From Octopus bimaculoides (lineage: Eukaryota), in assembly GCF_001194135.2 (NCBI RefSeq), contig NC_068996.1, positions 37,815,710-37,879,709 on the forward strand: DNA of 64,000 nt. Reading direction: 5' to 3'. How positions within the stretch are numbered: the stretch's first letter is position 1; each line of letters begins with the position of its first letter. Position numbers and translations under genes: made by a program. This document shows positions 13,626 through 27,009 of this stretch, piece by piece. A model generated the notes under the pieces. The model had not been told where the DNA came from. It ran no database searches and saw only the letters and a list, made by a program, of their open reading frames with translations.

Positions 13626-13750
13626 AGGTGGAGGCATGGCTGTATGGTAAGAAGCTTGCTTTCCAACTACATGGTTCTGGATTCGGTCCCACTCTGTGGC
13701 ACCTTGGGCAAGTGTCTTCTACTATAGCCTCGGGCTGACCAAAGCCTTGT
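13626..13750 (+). mobile_element. SINE family A, head only
   Basis: ggcatggctgtatggtaagaagcttgc...ggcaccttgggcaagtgtcttctactatagcc. Confidence 0.75.
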
Positions 13751-14151
13751 CAGGATAAAGCAGTAAGAGTTAACAACTGTCAAACTTGATGCATAAGAAA
13801 ATCAGACATTTCATTCTTAATGACCTGATATATATGTACACACACTCACACACACATATGAATAAGTGTGTACATGTATTTATATATTTATATGCTTGCA
13901 TCCACTTTCTATTTCCTCCTTATACATGTGTTTGTGTATGTACATGTGTATATAGGTAACTGAATAGATATAGACAAACATATAAAAATATATTTAAAAA
14001 CAAATCTGAATGTATTACCAGAGGTTCTTTTGAAGGCATTATGTTCACATGACATATCATGAGTAAGTAAGTTTGGTAGGGACTCATCCTGCCCTTGATA
14101 CTAAATTCAATCAGAAATCCTATTACTCTACAGAGACTCCTTACATGCGTG

Positions 14152-14182
<31 letters not shown>

Positions 14183-14373
14183 ATGTACTTATGAATGTTT
14201 GCATCCGCTTGTCCAATTATTCTCCTTTCTTCTATTTCCTATCATTCCTGCTAGCTACCTGTTTCTCTATCTCTCTCTCTCTCACTCGCTCACTCTCTCT
14301 CTCTCTCTCTCTCTCTCTCCCCTTTCTCTTTCTCTCTCTTTCATTTGTTCTTTTCTAATTTCTTGTGTTTTAG

Positions 14374-14812
14374 GCCAAAGATTCACAAGGCCAAATTGGT
14401 TTCATTCCCGAAAGTTACGTTCGTTTCTTAGAAGATGGTGAGCAACCCAGTATGCAACCTACCACAACAGCATCAATGGAGACATACGATCCATCCAGTA
14501 GTTTGGATATGCCGTCAATGTCTTCACCACCTCATGCAGCTCTTTCCACTCCTGACCTGCCGCCAGCACCCGACATACCCCCAGCTACTGACTTGACTGC
14601 TGAAGAAATCAGAGCTGCTGGACAAGACAACAATGATATGCCGCCACCCCCAGACTTTACAATGACAAACCATATGGAACCACCAAGTGATGTTACTCAT
14701 TACGATGTGGCATCTTCATTTTCCTCTGGAGACCTTGAAGTACAGCAAGCTACTGCCCAAACTACCTCAGAGATACCCGCTGTTCCAAACCTTCCACTGA
14801 TTCCTAATGACG
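14374..14812 (+). CDS. FCHSD2: FCHSD2/Nwk-like exon: C-terminal half of SH3a plus long Pro/Asp-rich inter-SH3 linker
   Basis: gtgttttag|GCCAAA...AATGACG|gtatgt; 439 nt, phase 0-1. AKDSQGQIGFIPESYVRFL completes SH3a (G.IP..YV) and is in frame with ORF 14452-14880. Confidence 0.88.
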
Positions 14813-14891
14813 GTATGTACCTTTCTTGGAATATTTTTCTCCATTTTATTTTTATTGAGATTACACAAAATTTCAGTTGACATTTACGCTG

Positions 14892-14926
<35 letters not shown>

Positions 14927-15327
14927 CATTATTTATTTGATACTGAGACTGCCTTTCGTTGCCACTCAGAGTTTGTTCCATATGTTGTGTTGATAAGCAG
15001 AAATGTAAAAACACTGAATATTGACCAAAACAAATGTCAAACTCAGATGAAAGTATTTAAAGACAGGACAAGAGGGGGAAACACATGGAACAGAGAGTCA
15101 CTGAAGATGTCACAGAATGTGTGACAAAAGAACTTTGATAGACAAATAAACTAAAAATAATATGTATAAAAACTAAAGTGAAGATCAAATAAATAGTGCT
15201 TGTGTTTGATTGGGAAAAAATGACCATCCCCAAGTATAACAATATCTGTTTCAACACACATCAACACACAATTTCAAATCAAGAATCCTGCAAAACAAAT
15301 ACATAAACATCTATATATATATATATC

Positions 15328-15361
<34 letters not shown>

Positions 15362-15421
15362 TTGTTTGTAAAAAACATAAATCTGAAAGAAGAAGCACAC
15401 TCTAAGATGTGGAGCAGTATA

Positions 15422-15609
15422 TATTAAAAATGGAGAAGGCTGGTTTATGGGATTGCCTTAGGTTTCCTGTCCTTAAAGGGTTTCTCCATATATTCAAGAA
15501 GTCATAGGCCAACAGGTTTTTGGGATCTGATGATACACTATAAAGCTAAACCCTTTATGGACGAGAAACCTAAGGTAATACCATAAGCTGGCCTTCTCCA
15601 TTTTTAATA
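15422..15609. mobile_element. TA-ended MITE with 61-bp terminal inverted repeats
   Basis: 15422-15482 vs the reverse complement of 15549-15609: 53/61 identical; begins and ends with TA. Confidence 0.8.
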
Positions 15610-16306
15610 CACACACACACACACACACACATTTTTTTAATCAGAACATTATAAAAGTAACTTAAGAAACAAGAGTTTTATGCATGGTACTTATCAAAGT
15701 TTGATAAACCCCACTCACTTTCTATTGATTAAAAAGAAATATAACATGAGTATATAATACTTATGTATAGAGTTCTGTTTCTCCTCTTTGTTCTGGAGAA
15801 GTTACACACAGAGAAATGTGTGCCTAGTTCTTTGTTCATATATAGTTTACATTGTTGATATTTATTGATGATTGATGACTACAATTTATTTTAGTCATAA
15901 AATAATATAAAAAATATATTTGTATATTACTATTGTATACTTATATAATTGCAAATTTCTGAATGTATGTATATGTATGTATTTGTTAAAGGTAAGCAGA
16001 AACTATACAATCTTAAGTAGCAATAAAAGCAATCAGTTTGATTCTCACCCTAAGTTGTCAAGGAAGTTCTCATATTGCCTAACATCTGCAAATGGAGCTG
16101 ACTCATCATAATCATATGTTGAATATACTTCCTGAGTTGATTTTTTTTTTCCTATTCTAAATGTATAAAAACATTTGAAACTAAAAATATTTAGGAAAGA
16201 ACTCAATAAAAACGAACTTCTTTGAGAAATTTTTAGTTTTAATCTTTCAAACTCTGAGCATTCACAAATGTTAATAAACATATTTATTTTCAAATTTTGC
16301 TTACAG

Positions 16307-16509
16307 GTGAAATTTGGGCTAGAGCTCTTTATGATTATGAGGGAAATACAGATGATGAACTATCTTTTACTGAGGGTACATATATTAGAATAATTAGAAA
16401 AGATGAAAACGGCATTGATGATGGATTCTGGCAGGGGGAAATTGAAGGAGAGATTGGAGTTTTCCCTTCCCTAGTTGTGGAAGAATTAATTGAAAATGGT
16501 GAACCAGAA
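16307..16509 (+). CDS. FCHSD2: FCHSD2/Nwk-like exon: complete SH3b
   Basis: ttacag|GTGAAA...CCAGAA|gtaagc; 203 nt, phase 1-0. ARALYDYEGNTDDELSFTEGTYIRIIRKDENGIDDGFWQGEIEGEIGVFPSLVVEEL closely resembles FCHSD2/Nwk SH3b. Confidence 0.95.
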
Positions 16510-16580
16510 GTAAGCAAATTTCTATCATTTTTATTGGAAATATGCGTTTGTGTATGTATGTGTGCATGTGTGTGTGTATG

Positions 16581-16623
<43 letters not shown>

Positions 16624-16727
16624 NNNNNNNNNNNNNNNNNNNNNNNNNNNNNNNNNNNNNNNNNNNNNNNNNNNNNNNNNNNNNNNNNNNNNNNNNNNNN
16701 NNNNNNNNNNNNNNNNNNNNNNNNNNN

Positions 16728-16777
<50 letters not shown>

Positions 16778-16975
16778 TTTAATTTTACCTTACTTAAATA
16801 AAATGAAAATAGTTGATATTACCATATACAACCTCTGATGTCTGTGATAAAATGTTGAAACATTAAGCTAGCTCTAAGATCAATAACCTTAATAAATGAA
16901 TTTATTATACTCTACATTTAAAATATAGTCAGTCTTTTATCGAACTTTGGTCTTAGTTATTGATGGGAAATATGC

Positions 16976-17004
<29 letters not shown>

Positions 17005-17006
<2 letters not shown>

Positions 17007-17440
17007 GGTTCAAATTTTGGCACAAGGCCAACAAATTTGGGGGTGGGAATAAGTCAGTTATATCGACCCCATTATTCAACTGGTACTTATTTTACCAAAC
17101 CTGAAAAGCTGAAAAGCAAAGTCAACCTCCATGCAATTTGAACTCAGAATGTAAAGACAGACAAAATGCTACTAAACATTTTCCCCGGCATGCCAATGAT
17201 TCTGCCAACATGCTAATAATGATAATAATAATAATAATAATCCTTTCTACTAAAGGCACAAGGCCTGAAATTTTGGAGGAAGGGACGAGTCAATTACATT
17301 GATCCCAGTGCTTCACTGATACTTAATTTATCAACCCTGAAAGGATGAAAGGCAAAGTCAACCTTGGCAGAACATAAAGACAGGCGAAATATTGCTAAGC
17401 ATTTTGCCCAGTGTGCTTACAATTCTGCCCGCTCACTGCC
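17005..17440 (-). mobile_element. Two head-to-tail SINE family B copies
   Basis: Two successive family B cores, each with an (AAT)n tail (about 16980-17003 and 17215-17240). Confidence 0.75.
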
Positions 17441-18334
17441 CTAATGATGATGATAATAACAATAGCAATTAAAACAGATTTTTAACAACTGTTGCTCCAA
17501 GTTTTGCATTAACACTTTACAATATGGCTGAAATACTTTTTAAGATTACAGGTTTATGCTATTGAGAGAAAATTTTCCTGATATTTTATACTAAGTCTTT
17601 TGTTAGAAAAAGAGGAAAATTGTTTTATTCTCTTCATCCATCAAGGAATGATTACTGCGCTTCCAACAAACAACACAAAAAAAAAGCTTACTTTTTTTCT
17701 CTGATAAATGACTTTGTCCTATATATCAAGAGAAATTCTCATAACAGCAATTGAAATTTGAAAAAAAATAATTTGAAAAAAAAAATATGTGAGACTATAT
17801 GTTCACATTGATTTTATAATATTTTATAACAAAATTCATACATGCAAAAATATTCTGAAATTAATATCAAGTATTCCTTACTAACGATTTCATTTAGAAA
17901 AATATTTTATAAATGTTCTTAGGTTGTTGATATTTAATTTCAAGTCAACTTTGATTGAGCAAAGCTATAACTGAAAATGTTACAACCTCAACTACCCCAA
18001 CTTTTTAGAGACTTCTAAAGTTATGTTATTTAATGTGTATTCCTTCTTTTTAAGACAATGGAGGTATGATTTGAGATGGTTGTGGCTGATATTTCTTCCA
18101 AATCAAACTGCCCCATTAATATAACCTTATTTAGCTCAAAAAGGCTCATAGTTTATAGACACTCAAATGCAACAGCCATATTTAATTTTTTTTTTTTTTT
18201 ACTATTATTTTAGACATATTTTTTCCTTGAAGACTTTTTCCTCTGATGGCTTGGTCCAATATATCATGAGAAATTCTTCTCATAACAGCAAATGAATATG
18301 AACCTAAAAATTTACTTCTGATTTCATATTGAAC

Positions 18335-18745
18335 ATCATCATCATCATCTTTTAACATCCATTTTCCATGCTGGCATGGATTGGGTGGTTTGACTGACAT
18401 CTGGAGAGCTAGTGGCTGCACCAAGTTCCAATCTGATTTGGCATGGTTTTTACAGCTGGATGCCCTTCCTAATGTCAACCACTCCAAGAGTGTCATGAGT
18501 GCTTTATATGTGCCACTGGCATGGGTGCCAGTTACATAACACCAGCATCAGCAATGACTATTATCTCACTTGGCTCGACAGGTCTTTTCAAGCACAGTAT
18601 ATCACCAAAGGTCTCGGTCACTTGTCATTACTTCCGTGAGGCCCAACATTTGAATGGTACTTTTTATATGCCAGTTACATGACACTGGCATCAGCCATGA
18701 CTGCAATTTCACTTGGCTTCACAGGCCTTCTCAAGCACAGCATAA
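18335..18745 (-). mobile_element. Retroposon family D
   Basis: catcatcatc tail, acagctggatgcccttcctaatgtcaaccactcc body and an internal tandem module. Confidence 0.7.
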
Positions 18746-19693
18746 ACATGTTAATTTAAAAGTGTTTATAATTAATGATTTCAATTAAATCCTTTAGAAT
18801 ACTACATAATATTGCTTGCAAAATATTTGCTTTTGCTGCAGTATAACACCATACTCCCAAAAATCAAATTCACTTTCCACAGGATTAAATTGTTAATTTA
18901 TTTTAATTAATTTATATCTTAAAGTTGTCTCCCCTGCCTTTTTTTTATCAGAATTATCATTAAGGTTAATAACTTTTTCTTTCTACTCACTTATAGTGTG
19001 TAATAATTTTTATCAAATTTCTTTGGTTTCCAACTACATTAAGTATATTGATGCACACTTTAGTACTTGCATTTCATGCAGCTGGTGTTTCTATGTATTT
19101 GTTGCCTTTGCCATTTTTCTAACATTTTTTACCCTCATTTACCATGCGACTTTGGTTGTATGATTGTAATCTCAAATATATGTATACATATAGGCAGTTT
19201 GNNNNNNNNNNNNNNNNNNNNNNNNNNNNNNNNNNNNNNNNNNNNNNNNNNNNNNNNNNNNNNNNNNNNNNNNNNNNNNNNNNNNNNNNNNNNNNNNNNN
19301 NNNNNNNNNNNNNNNNNNNNNNNNNNNNNNNNNNNNNNNNNNNNNNNNNNNNNNNNNNNNNNNNNNNNNNNNNNNNNNNNNNNNNNNNNNNNNNNNNNNN
19401 NNNNNNNNNNNNNNNNNNNNNNNNNNNNNNNNNNNNNNNNNNNNNNNNNNNNNNNNNNNNNNNNNNNNNNNNNNNNNNNNNNNNNNNNNNNNNNNNNNNN
19501 NNNNNNNNNNNNNNNNNNNNNNNNNNNNNNNNNNNNNNNNNNNNNNNNNNNNNNNNNNNNNNNNNNNNNNNNNNNNNNNNNNNNNNNNNNNNNNNNNNNN
19601 NNNNNNNNNNNNNNNNNNNNNNNNNNNNNNNNNNNNNNNNNNNNNNNNNNNNNNNNNNNNNNNNNNNNNNNNNNNNNNNNNNNNATATTTATA

Positions 19694-19744
<51 letters not shown>

Positions 19745-21005
19745 CTTAATCTTTTATTTTTATTTATTTTTTTTCCTATTATTATTTAATATTATTTCTC
19801 TTGTTTGAAGGAAAGTCTTGAAACTTCCGGGTAAGGTTTAAAATTCAAACAAAAGGTCTTTTGGTGCGGCATTGCTTCTTCATTAACATTGCTTTCTTAG
19901 TGAATATTAACAAAAAATATTTATAACAATAACATGTCAGTGAAATATATTCTATCGAAATTATTTAAAAGCAAGTAACAACAGCAGCTAAATAGCTTTG
20001 CAGGTGGTGTGAGATTTAATCAAAGCATGTTCATTTTCATTCTCTTTTCTCTTATTAATTTTGTTTTTTTTTGTTTTTCTTATTCCTGCTTTATTTATTT
20101 TGTTCAAAAGTATTTTTGCTTAAATAAGAAACAAATTTGGTTTTTATAACTATTATTTATGCTTTGAGGTATGGGATAATATCATCTAATAACATTGTTC
20201 CAGATCAGATTCTGCATGCAATGGTATCACTCACTTCTAACTAAGTGGTAGACTTAAACTTTTGCCCAGTCTGACACCATCATCTAAACTTTGGGAAACT
20301 TTAGTGGACTCCATACCATACTGCTGTATTTATTTTGATCCCAGTTTCTGAGTGGAGAATATCTCATTTGTTCCTTTGTTTTTACTCTTAGACAATTTTT
20401 AAAATAAATTTCTTTTAATCCCTGAAAACATTTCACTTAATATATAGAGCCAATGGATCTTGGGAAAGTATAAACGTCACTAACTACTGTAAAAAAAAGT
20501 ACATTGTATGGTAGCATTTTAAAAGAAAGGTAAAATAGTTATCTTAATTTATGGATTTTTTTTTTATTGTTCATATTTATGTACAGAAACTGAATTTCAA
20601 ATATCAGATTTGAAAAATTGACTGGATATTGAATAACTGTTCTTTATAGTGACCCTCCATGGCTTACCAAATGGCCTAAACAGCCTAAATTGAACATCCA
20701 CAACTGTTGGCAGAAGTTCTACTAATTGAAGAACTTGTCCAATTCATGTAAAAATCCTCTCCTCTATAGAAGAGTGCAACACATTTTAAAGGCTTGTCAA
20801 TATCTTTTCCGCTTGCTGTTTCCCAATGAAGCTTTCATGCTAAAAGTTTGGTTAAAGAGTCTGATCTGAATATTTTAATATAGTTACACATGTTTGTGTT
20901 GGTTTATTTATATACACATTTGAGCTAAGTTCCTGTAACAAGTTTCCTAAACTTTAAGTTGCACGGGGTTGAATGAAACTATTTTAAATAATAATAATGT
21001 GTGTG

Positions 21006-21047
<42 letters not shown>

Positions 21048-21659
21048 ATTCAGTTGAATTAGGTACGTAAATTGAAGCACGAAGTCAGTCTGGTATAGTA
21101 CGCACAGCTCCAAGTTAGGTCAGTAGAATGTAAATAAGATGTCCAGGTATCAATACATTACAACCATTTCAAGTGACTCCATTTTAAATCAGTTTTAAAG
21201 AAATGCTCTCCTCAGAAGTAGATGACCATATAGATTTCCAACATAAAGGATATAACAAATTTATATCAATACTAGAAACGTATTTTTAGTGCTCAAAGTT
21301 GATTTCTATTGTCCTCTACTTTTCTCACTCCTGCCTTTACATCATAGCTCCAGGATCATTTGGTTTGATACTAAAATTAACACCCTCACTCATTACTCTA
21401 TCTCAGTGTGTCTCTTTTGCAAATATACTTACCTCACATCTTAATCAAAATCATCTTTTGTTCCATTAATTACTATTTAATGTCTTAATATTATTTTAAT
21501 TTGTTTACTGATTAATCATTGGAATGTGTTTATAAAAAGAACATCATTTACAAGGATTTTAGGCAATTATATCCAGAAACACACCTTTCTATTTTATCAG
21601 CCTTGATATGAACTAAGGCAAAGTAGATCTGGACAAAAAAAGACAAAGTATAGATATAG

Positions 21660-21970
21660 AGCATTGGGCTCACAATCATGGGGTAGTGAGTTCAATTTCT
21701 GGACCAAGCTGTGTTGTGTTCTTGGGCAAGACACTTTATATCACATTGCTCCAGTTCACTCAGCTGTAGAAATGAGTTGCAACATTACTGGTGCCAAGCT
21801 GTATTGACCTTTTCCTTTCCTTTGGATAACATCGGTGGCATGGAGAGGGGAGGCTGGTATGCATGGACGACTGCTGGTCTTCCTTAAACAACCTTGTCTG
21901 GACCTGTGCCTCGAAGGGTAACTTTCTAGGTGCAATTCCATGGTCATTCATGACCAATGAGGGTCTTTAC
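21660..21970 (+). mobile_element. SINE family E (CORE-like)
   Basis: Box B gagttcaatttc followed by gtgttcttgggcaagacactttat...ccagttcactcagctgtagaaatg, a CORE-SINE-like segment. Confidence 0.65.
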
Positions 21971-21984
21971 CCTTATACATATAC

Positions 21985-22170
21985 ATGTGAATCTAGCTGA
22001 TTTCTGCAATTTCCACCTTCCAAATTTCACTTCCAAGGTTTTGGTCAACCCAAAGCTTATGCTAGAAGACACCTGCTCAAGATGCCTGCTTTGGGATTGA
22101 ACCCAAAAAAATATATAATTGTAAGGTGAACTTAACTTCTTAACAACACAGTTGTATCTAGAACCATTCA
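21985..22170 (-). mobile_element. SINE family A 5' part, decayed
   Basis: ctagaagacacctgctcaagatgcc...gggattgaaccc is the reverse of the family A head. Confidence 0.6.
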
Positions 22171-23169
22171 TATGGTAAATCAAAAGTCAACCTGAATCAC
22201 AATCAAGTAACAAAGTCTACATTTTGTTTCATTTTTCTTTTTATATTTTGTTTTCAAGTACATTTTTTTTACTGTTTTATTTTTGTGCTTTTTCTTCATT
22301 TTTATTTTAAACGTTTTTTTCAATTTTTCTCATTTTACATTGTTGAAAAATCAAGCAAATCCTGTTTCATTTTGGATGTTTAATTGACTGGTCACAGTTT
22401 GAATGTTAACTGAAAGCAAATTTTCATTGAATTTACTTGGCAGATATGTTCAGGTTTATAAGTCACCACCAATGTTCAATTGTCTACTTTTTTAATATAG
22501 TTTTCTCATCCAGTTCTATGACTCTGGACTAATTAAATCTGCTGTATATGCTACATGTATTTAGTTTCGTGGACTTTTGCCTAATGTTCAGATGACAAGA
22601 CCAGTACTCTATAATTCTGAAAGAAAATTCTTAGCAACTACACAAATACCAACACAACTACATATATTCAAAGTCATAATTCCTAGACAATAGTTAGTTA
22701 ATGATCACCAGTTGTAAGATATATTTAGTTCTGGCCTTAAATATTATTCAGACTTAGATATTACTTTCAACTAGAACTCAATGGAAGAATCATAAATAAT
22801 AATTAACTGATCAGTCAATTAATTAGTAACTCTAAAAGAGAATTTAGAAAAGAAAAAGGTAAATGTTTCTCATCGTTGTTCAATCAACCTTCTAGAAATA
22901 GCAGCAATATCTGTCATATCGTATTCTTGTCTTTAAAGGGAAGAACACACAAGATAATGTAAACTTAAACAGCCTCTAAAGATGACAGAGTGGTCATGGC
23001 TGGAATGCCTTTATTCATAGTTCTGCTCATTTAGAATTTACCTGGAAGTAAACTACAACACTGGTTTCATGTTCAATTGTAGAAAAACCATGGTTATATT
23101 TCTATCCAGAACCTGAAGCTTAAATCATAATGCATTTAGTCTGAGTATAATTCAGGTCACTTATCAGCT

Positions 23170-23500
23170 CTTGTTTAGCTCACCAACAATATCCTACAAA
23201 GCACAAACACTTTTCCCTTATTATGGTGGAAACAGGCAGGATATCTCCATACAACTGTTTCTTGATGGGATGAGTTCTCCAAGATATGTTTAAGACTGCT
23301 CTTAACATTCAGGTGTAAGTTCCATCTAGCTTAGATTTGGTAAGTATCCAGGCTGTTGCTCTATATAAAATGACAGACTCTACAGTTGCACAAAAAAAAT
23401 TCTATTTAAAGAAGAGTAGTGTCACCTTCTACCTTAAAGATTTTGCCCTCGAGGCATTACTTATGGCAGGAAAAAATAAAGTTGGATACTTTTTAGATGC
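23170..23500 (-). mobile_element. RTE-clade LINE fragment
   Basis: Minus translation FFCATVESVILYRATAW and MLRAVLNISWRTHPIKKQLYGDILPVS. Confidence 0.75.
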
Positions 23501-23745
23501 ACCTCATAGACTAATTCACCAGAGACACTGAGTACTAACCAAAAGACTTGCTTCAACTAATGCAGGACGGAGCTGGATTGTGTGTGGGGGTTTAAAATGT
23601 CTGAGCAAGCTCAACTAGATGATGAGGATAATTCAGGTGCTGTCGAAGATACCAAATTCAGAAAACACATGAACACTTTCCGACACTGAGATAATAGATC
23701 AAATACTAGAGCAGAGCAAAGCTCAAAACAGTATAATCCTTTACA

Positions 23746-24015
23746 AATGACACAACTAAAACTTGAATGATTATAAATCAACTAACATATATAATTTAAA
23801 AAAGAGAGTTTCACCAAAATATGCATTAAAAAATTTACCATAATTTCAGCTTGATATGCTCTTTCTCATGGTGAACAAATGACATGGCTAAAACTTGGAT
23901 GATTATAAATCAACTAACATATATAATAAAAAATAATAGATATTCAGTTGTTTCACCAATGTATACATAAAAAGGTTTACCATAATTTCAATTTGTGACA
24001 TTCTCTTTCTTCTGA
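23746..24015. repeat. Local tandem duplication, 2 x about 131 bp
   Basis: aaaacttgRatgattataaatcaactaacatatataat and tttaccataatttca occur twice about 131 bp apart. Confidence 0.75.
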
Positions 24016-24768
24016 TGGTCCACTTAACTGGTTTTTAACCCTGAATTCTTTAATCACTAGTCAATAAAGAGAAGCACATAGCCTGACCAAGAAGTATGGT
24101 CTCCACAACCAAATGCATGTCTCATTTTGTAGAAAGAACAAAATCAGTTGGACTGTTATATCCCATAGGCAGTCAGCTGATTTTCCGAAGTTTATGTTTG
24201 AAAATGGTAAAATAGTTACTATCTCAGATTTGCATGATTCAACCTTGCTTCATGCCTGATGTTATGGCTATATATGTGATAGAATGATGATTAAGCAGCT
24301 TGTCAGAGTGATAACTAGTGTACATAGTAAACAACTAAGTTAACACAGTAACCATTTGAGCAATCATTCTGTTTAGACTTAGTAAAAATGGTAACAAAAT
24401 CACAGCATTTGGTCTGTATATGTAAATACAATATTTTTATGTGCACAGTTACATACACATACATTATTGTTACATACATACATACATACATACATCATCA
24501 TCATTATTTCAATATCATCTTTCTGTGCTTGCATGAATCAGGCAAAATTCATTGGGGTAGATTCTTTTACATCTGGACACTCTTCTTGACATCAATTCTC
24601 ACCTGTTTCCAAGCAAGGTAAGATTTCCCATAATGTGACATAGGAGATTGGCAATGAAGAACACTGCTTGTTTGATGGTAATGCTTGATTACAACTATTG
24701 CATGATGTCAAGATAAGGAGATACAAATGCACACACAGACATGTTCAACAGCTTTCTTTCAGTTACTG

Positions 24769-24808
<40 letters not shown>

Positions 24809-25120
24809 TTTTAAGTGAAAGAAGTTACAAAGTGACTCAAGAGCTAAGAGATTAGTGGTACTTATCAAAATGATGTAACAATGTTTTATCCCCCTCTTAC
24901 TTATATATATNNNNNNNNNNNNNNNNNNNNNNNNNNNNNNNNNNNNNNNNNNNNNNNNNNNNNNNNNNNNNNNNNNNNNNNNNNNNNNNNNNNNNNNNNN
25001 NNNNNNNNNNNNNNNNNNNNNNNNNNNNNNNNNNNNNNNNNNNNNNNNNNNNNNNNNNNNNNNNNNNNNNNNNNNNNNNNNNNNNNNNNNNNNNNNNNNN
25101 NNTATATATATATATATATA

Positions 25121-25973
25121 TGAAAGGGTACTCAAAAGTAATTGGAAACAGGCTTTGTGGAACAAGCCCATTATAGTTTTGGCTTTCACCACTAGAATCC
25201 ACTTGATGTGTCCCTCAGGCATCAGTATGTTGACCAGTGGCATCAAGTGTAGTCCTACTGCCACCTGGTGCATCTTTGCTTTGCAGTGCTTCTCCCGCAT
25301 TTGTCAATTTTTGCGATGTCTGAAATGAAGGAACAGCACCTAAAAAAGTTGTCATGCTCCAGACGGCTTACAAGGATGCTGCCATGTGCAAAATGCAAGT
25401 TTATGAATGGTTTTCACGCTTTAGGAATGGTCACTTGTTACTTGAAGACCAACCTCATTCAAGGCATCCATCAACCTCCCAAACAAATGAAAATCCATGA
25501 ACTGATCTTGGGGGACCATCAATGAATAATTGTTGAACTTTCTTATATGACTGGTGTGTCCTGGAGCTCCTGCCAAAAAATTTGGAGCAAGGAATTGTGA
25601 ATGAAAAGAGTTGCAGCAAAATTTGTGCCTCGCCTGCTCACAGAAGATCAAAAGCAGTCACAACTGAATGTGTGCCGTGAACTGAAACAACAGTTGGAAA
25701 TTGATCCTGACCTTTGTTTATAGGTCATCACTGGTGACGAAAGCTGGTGCTATGGAATTTGCAGATGTAGAAGAGGTGAAGAAAGAAGTGTCAGAGGCAT
25801 TAAAAGGCATCACTTTGCATGAGTTCCAGCACTGCTTTGAACAGTGGAAAACACATCTGGACAGATGTATTGCTTCAAATGGAGCAATACATTGAAGGCA
25901 ATAAAAGTGTAAACATGTAAAACTAAAGGAATAAAATATTGCAAAATTCCAGTTTCTTTTGGGTACCCCCTCT
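25121..25973 (+). mobile_element. Internally deleted mariner transposon (transposase pseudogene)
   Basis: 27-bp TIRs (21/27 match) within (TA)n. Remnants VYEWFSRF, AAKFVPRLLT, VITGDESWCY (first catalytic D), then a jump to the C-terminal FQHCFEQWKTHLDRCIASNG. Confidence 0.85.
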
Positions 25974-26661
25974 TATATATATATATATACACACACACAT
26001 ACTTACATATGTGCATATATTTACATCCATGTATACACACATGTATACATGAATACATACATACACATACATGTACACCTACTCTATCCACATTACAAGT
26101 TCAGGTTTATACCTGTAATTTTGGGGCACTGGAATATGTAGCACACTGCCTAAATACCAGTTATGAGAAATTAGGCTTCTCAAGCCAGAAAGGGGAAAGC
26201 TGATTTGAAGACTACAGATCCAAGCCATCACTAGAACTGTAAAAATCTGTAAAACTTTCCAAAAGCTTATCATTTAAGTATATATGAGTATGTCTAGATA
26301 TGCAACTATATGCATGAGAATACATGCACAAAACAAAACATACAAATCTGCACATGCACTGACTCCAAATGCTGCACATATACATACATGCAAAAACATC
26401 CTGTTGATATTTTGAGATTCCAATAAAGGAGTCTTGGATCTAGGTTAGAAACTGACTCTTTCTCTGTTGGCAAGAAATCTTGAAATAAAGCTGAATAAGG
26501 ACATACATGTATATAAAGAGGGAGAAAAATTATTACATTGGTCAATCATCATAGATTTTAACATCCATTTTACCATACTTGCATGAGTCGATATGAATTA
26601 AAAAAATTTCAAATGAAATGTAATATTAATTTATACTTTTTGTTTTTATCTTTTCAAGCAG

Positions 26662-26776
26662 GATTTGCTGACTCCTGTAAAAGGTGGTCCCCCAGATTTT
26701 GCCCCACCTCCTCCAGTTATGGTCACATTACCAACACCAGATAGATTAACACCACCTTCATTATCAAATGGCCAAG
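26662..26776 (+). CDS. FCHSD2: FCHSD2/Nwk-like exon: proline-rich C-terminal region
   Basis: ttttcaagcag|GATTTG...GGCCAAG|gtaaat; 115 nt, phase 0-1. Encodes DLLTPVKGGPPDFAPPPPVMVTLPTPDRLTPPSLSNGQ. Phase fits the SH3b exon. Confidence 0.8.
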
Positions 26777-27009
26777 GTAAATAAATTTCTTCTTATCAAT
26801 TCAGGGTTACTACAGGTATACGTCTGCTATACTTTAAAAGCCTTTTAACTCATTCGAATTCTAATTTATAAGATTCTCTTCCACAGCAAAAGCTACTAAG
26901 TGTTCTAGATAGCCAGCTTTTTGCATTTTTCTCCCGGACTATTTTAAAATTCAATAAGTCTAATACACAGTCATTTTCTAAAATAAAAGTTTATATTATA
27001 TATTTCATC

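Noticed and set aside
22490-22565. Acceptor-like ttttctcatccag after a long U-rich tract
   Set aside because: No convincing donor, the frames stop quickly and there is no homology; left uncalled.
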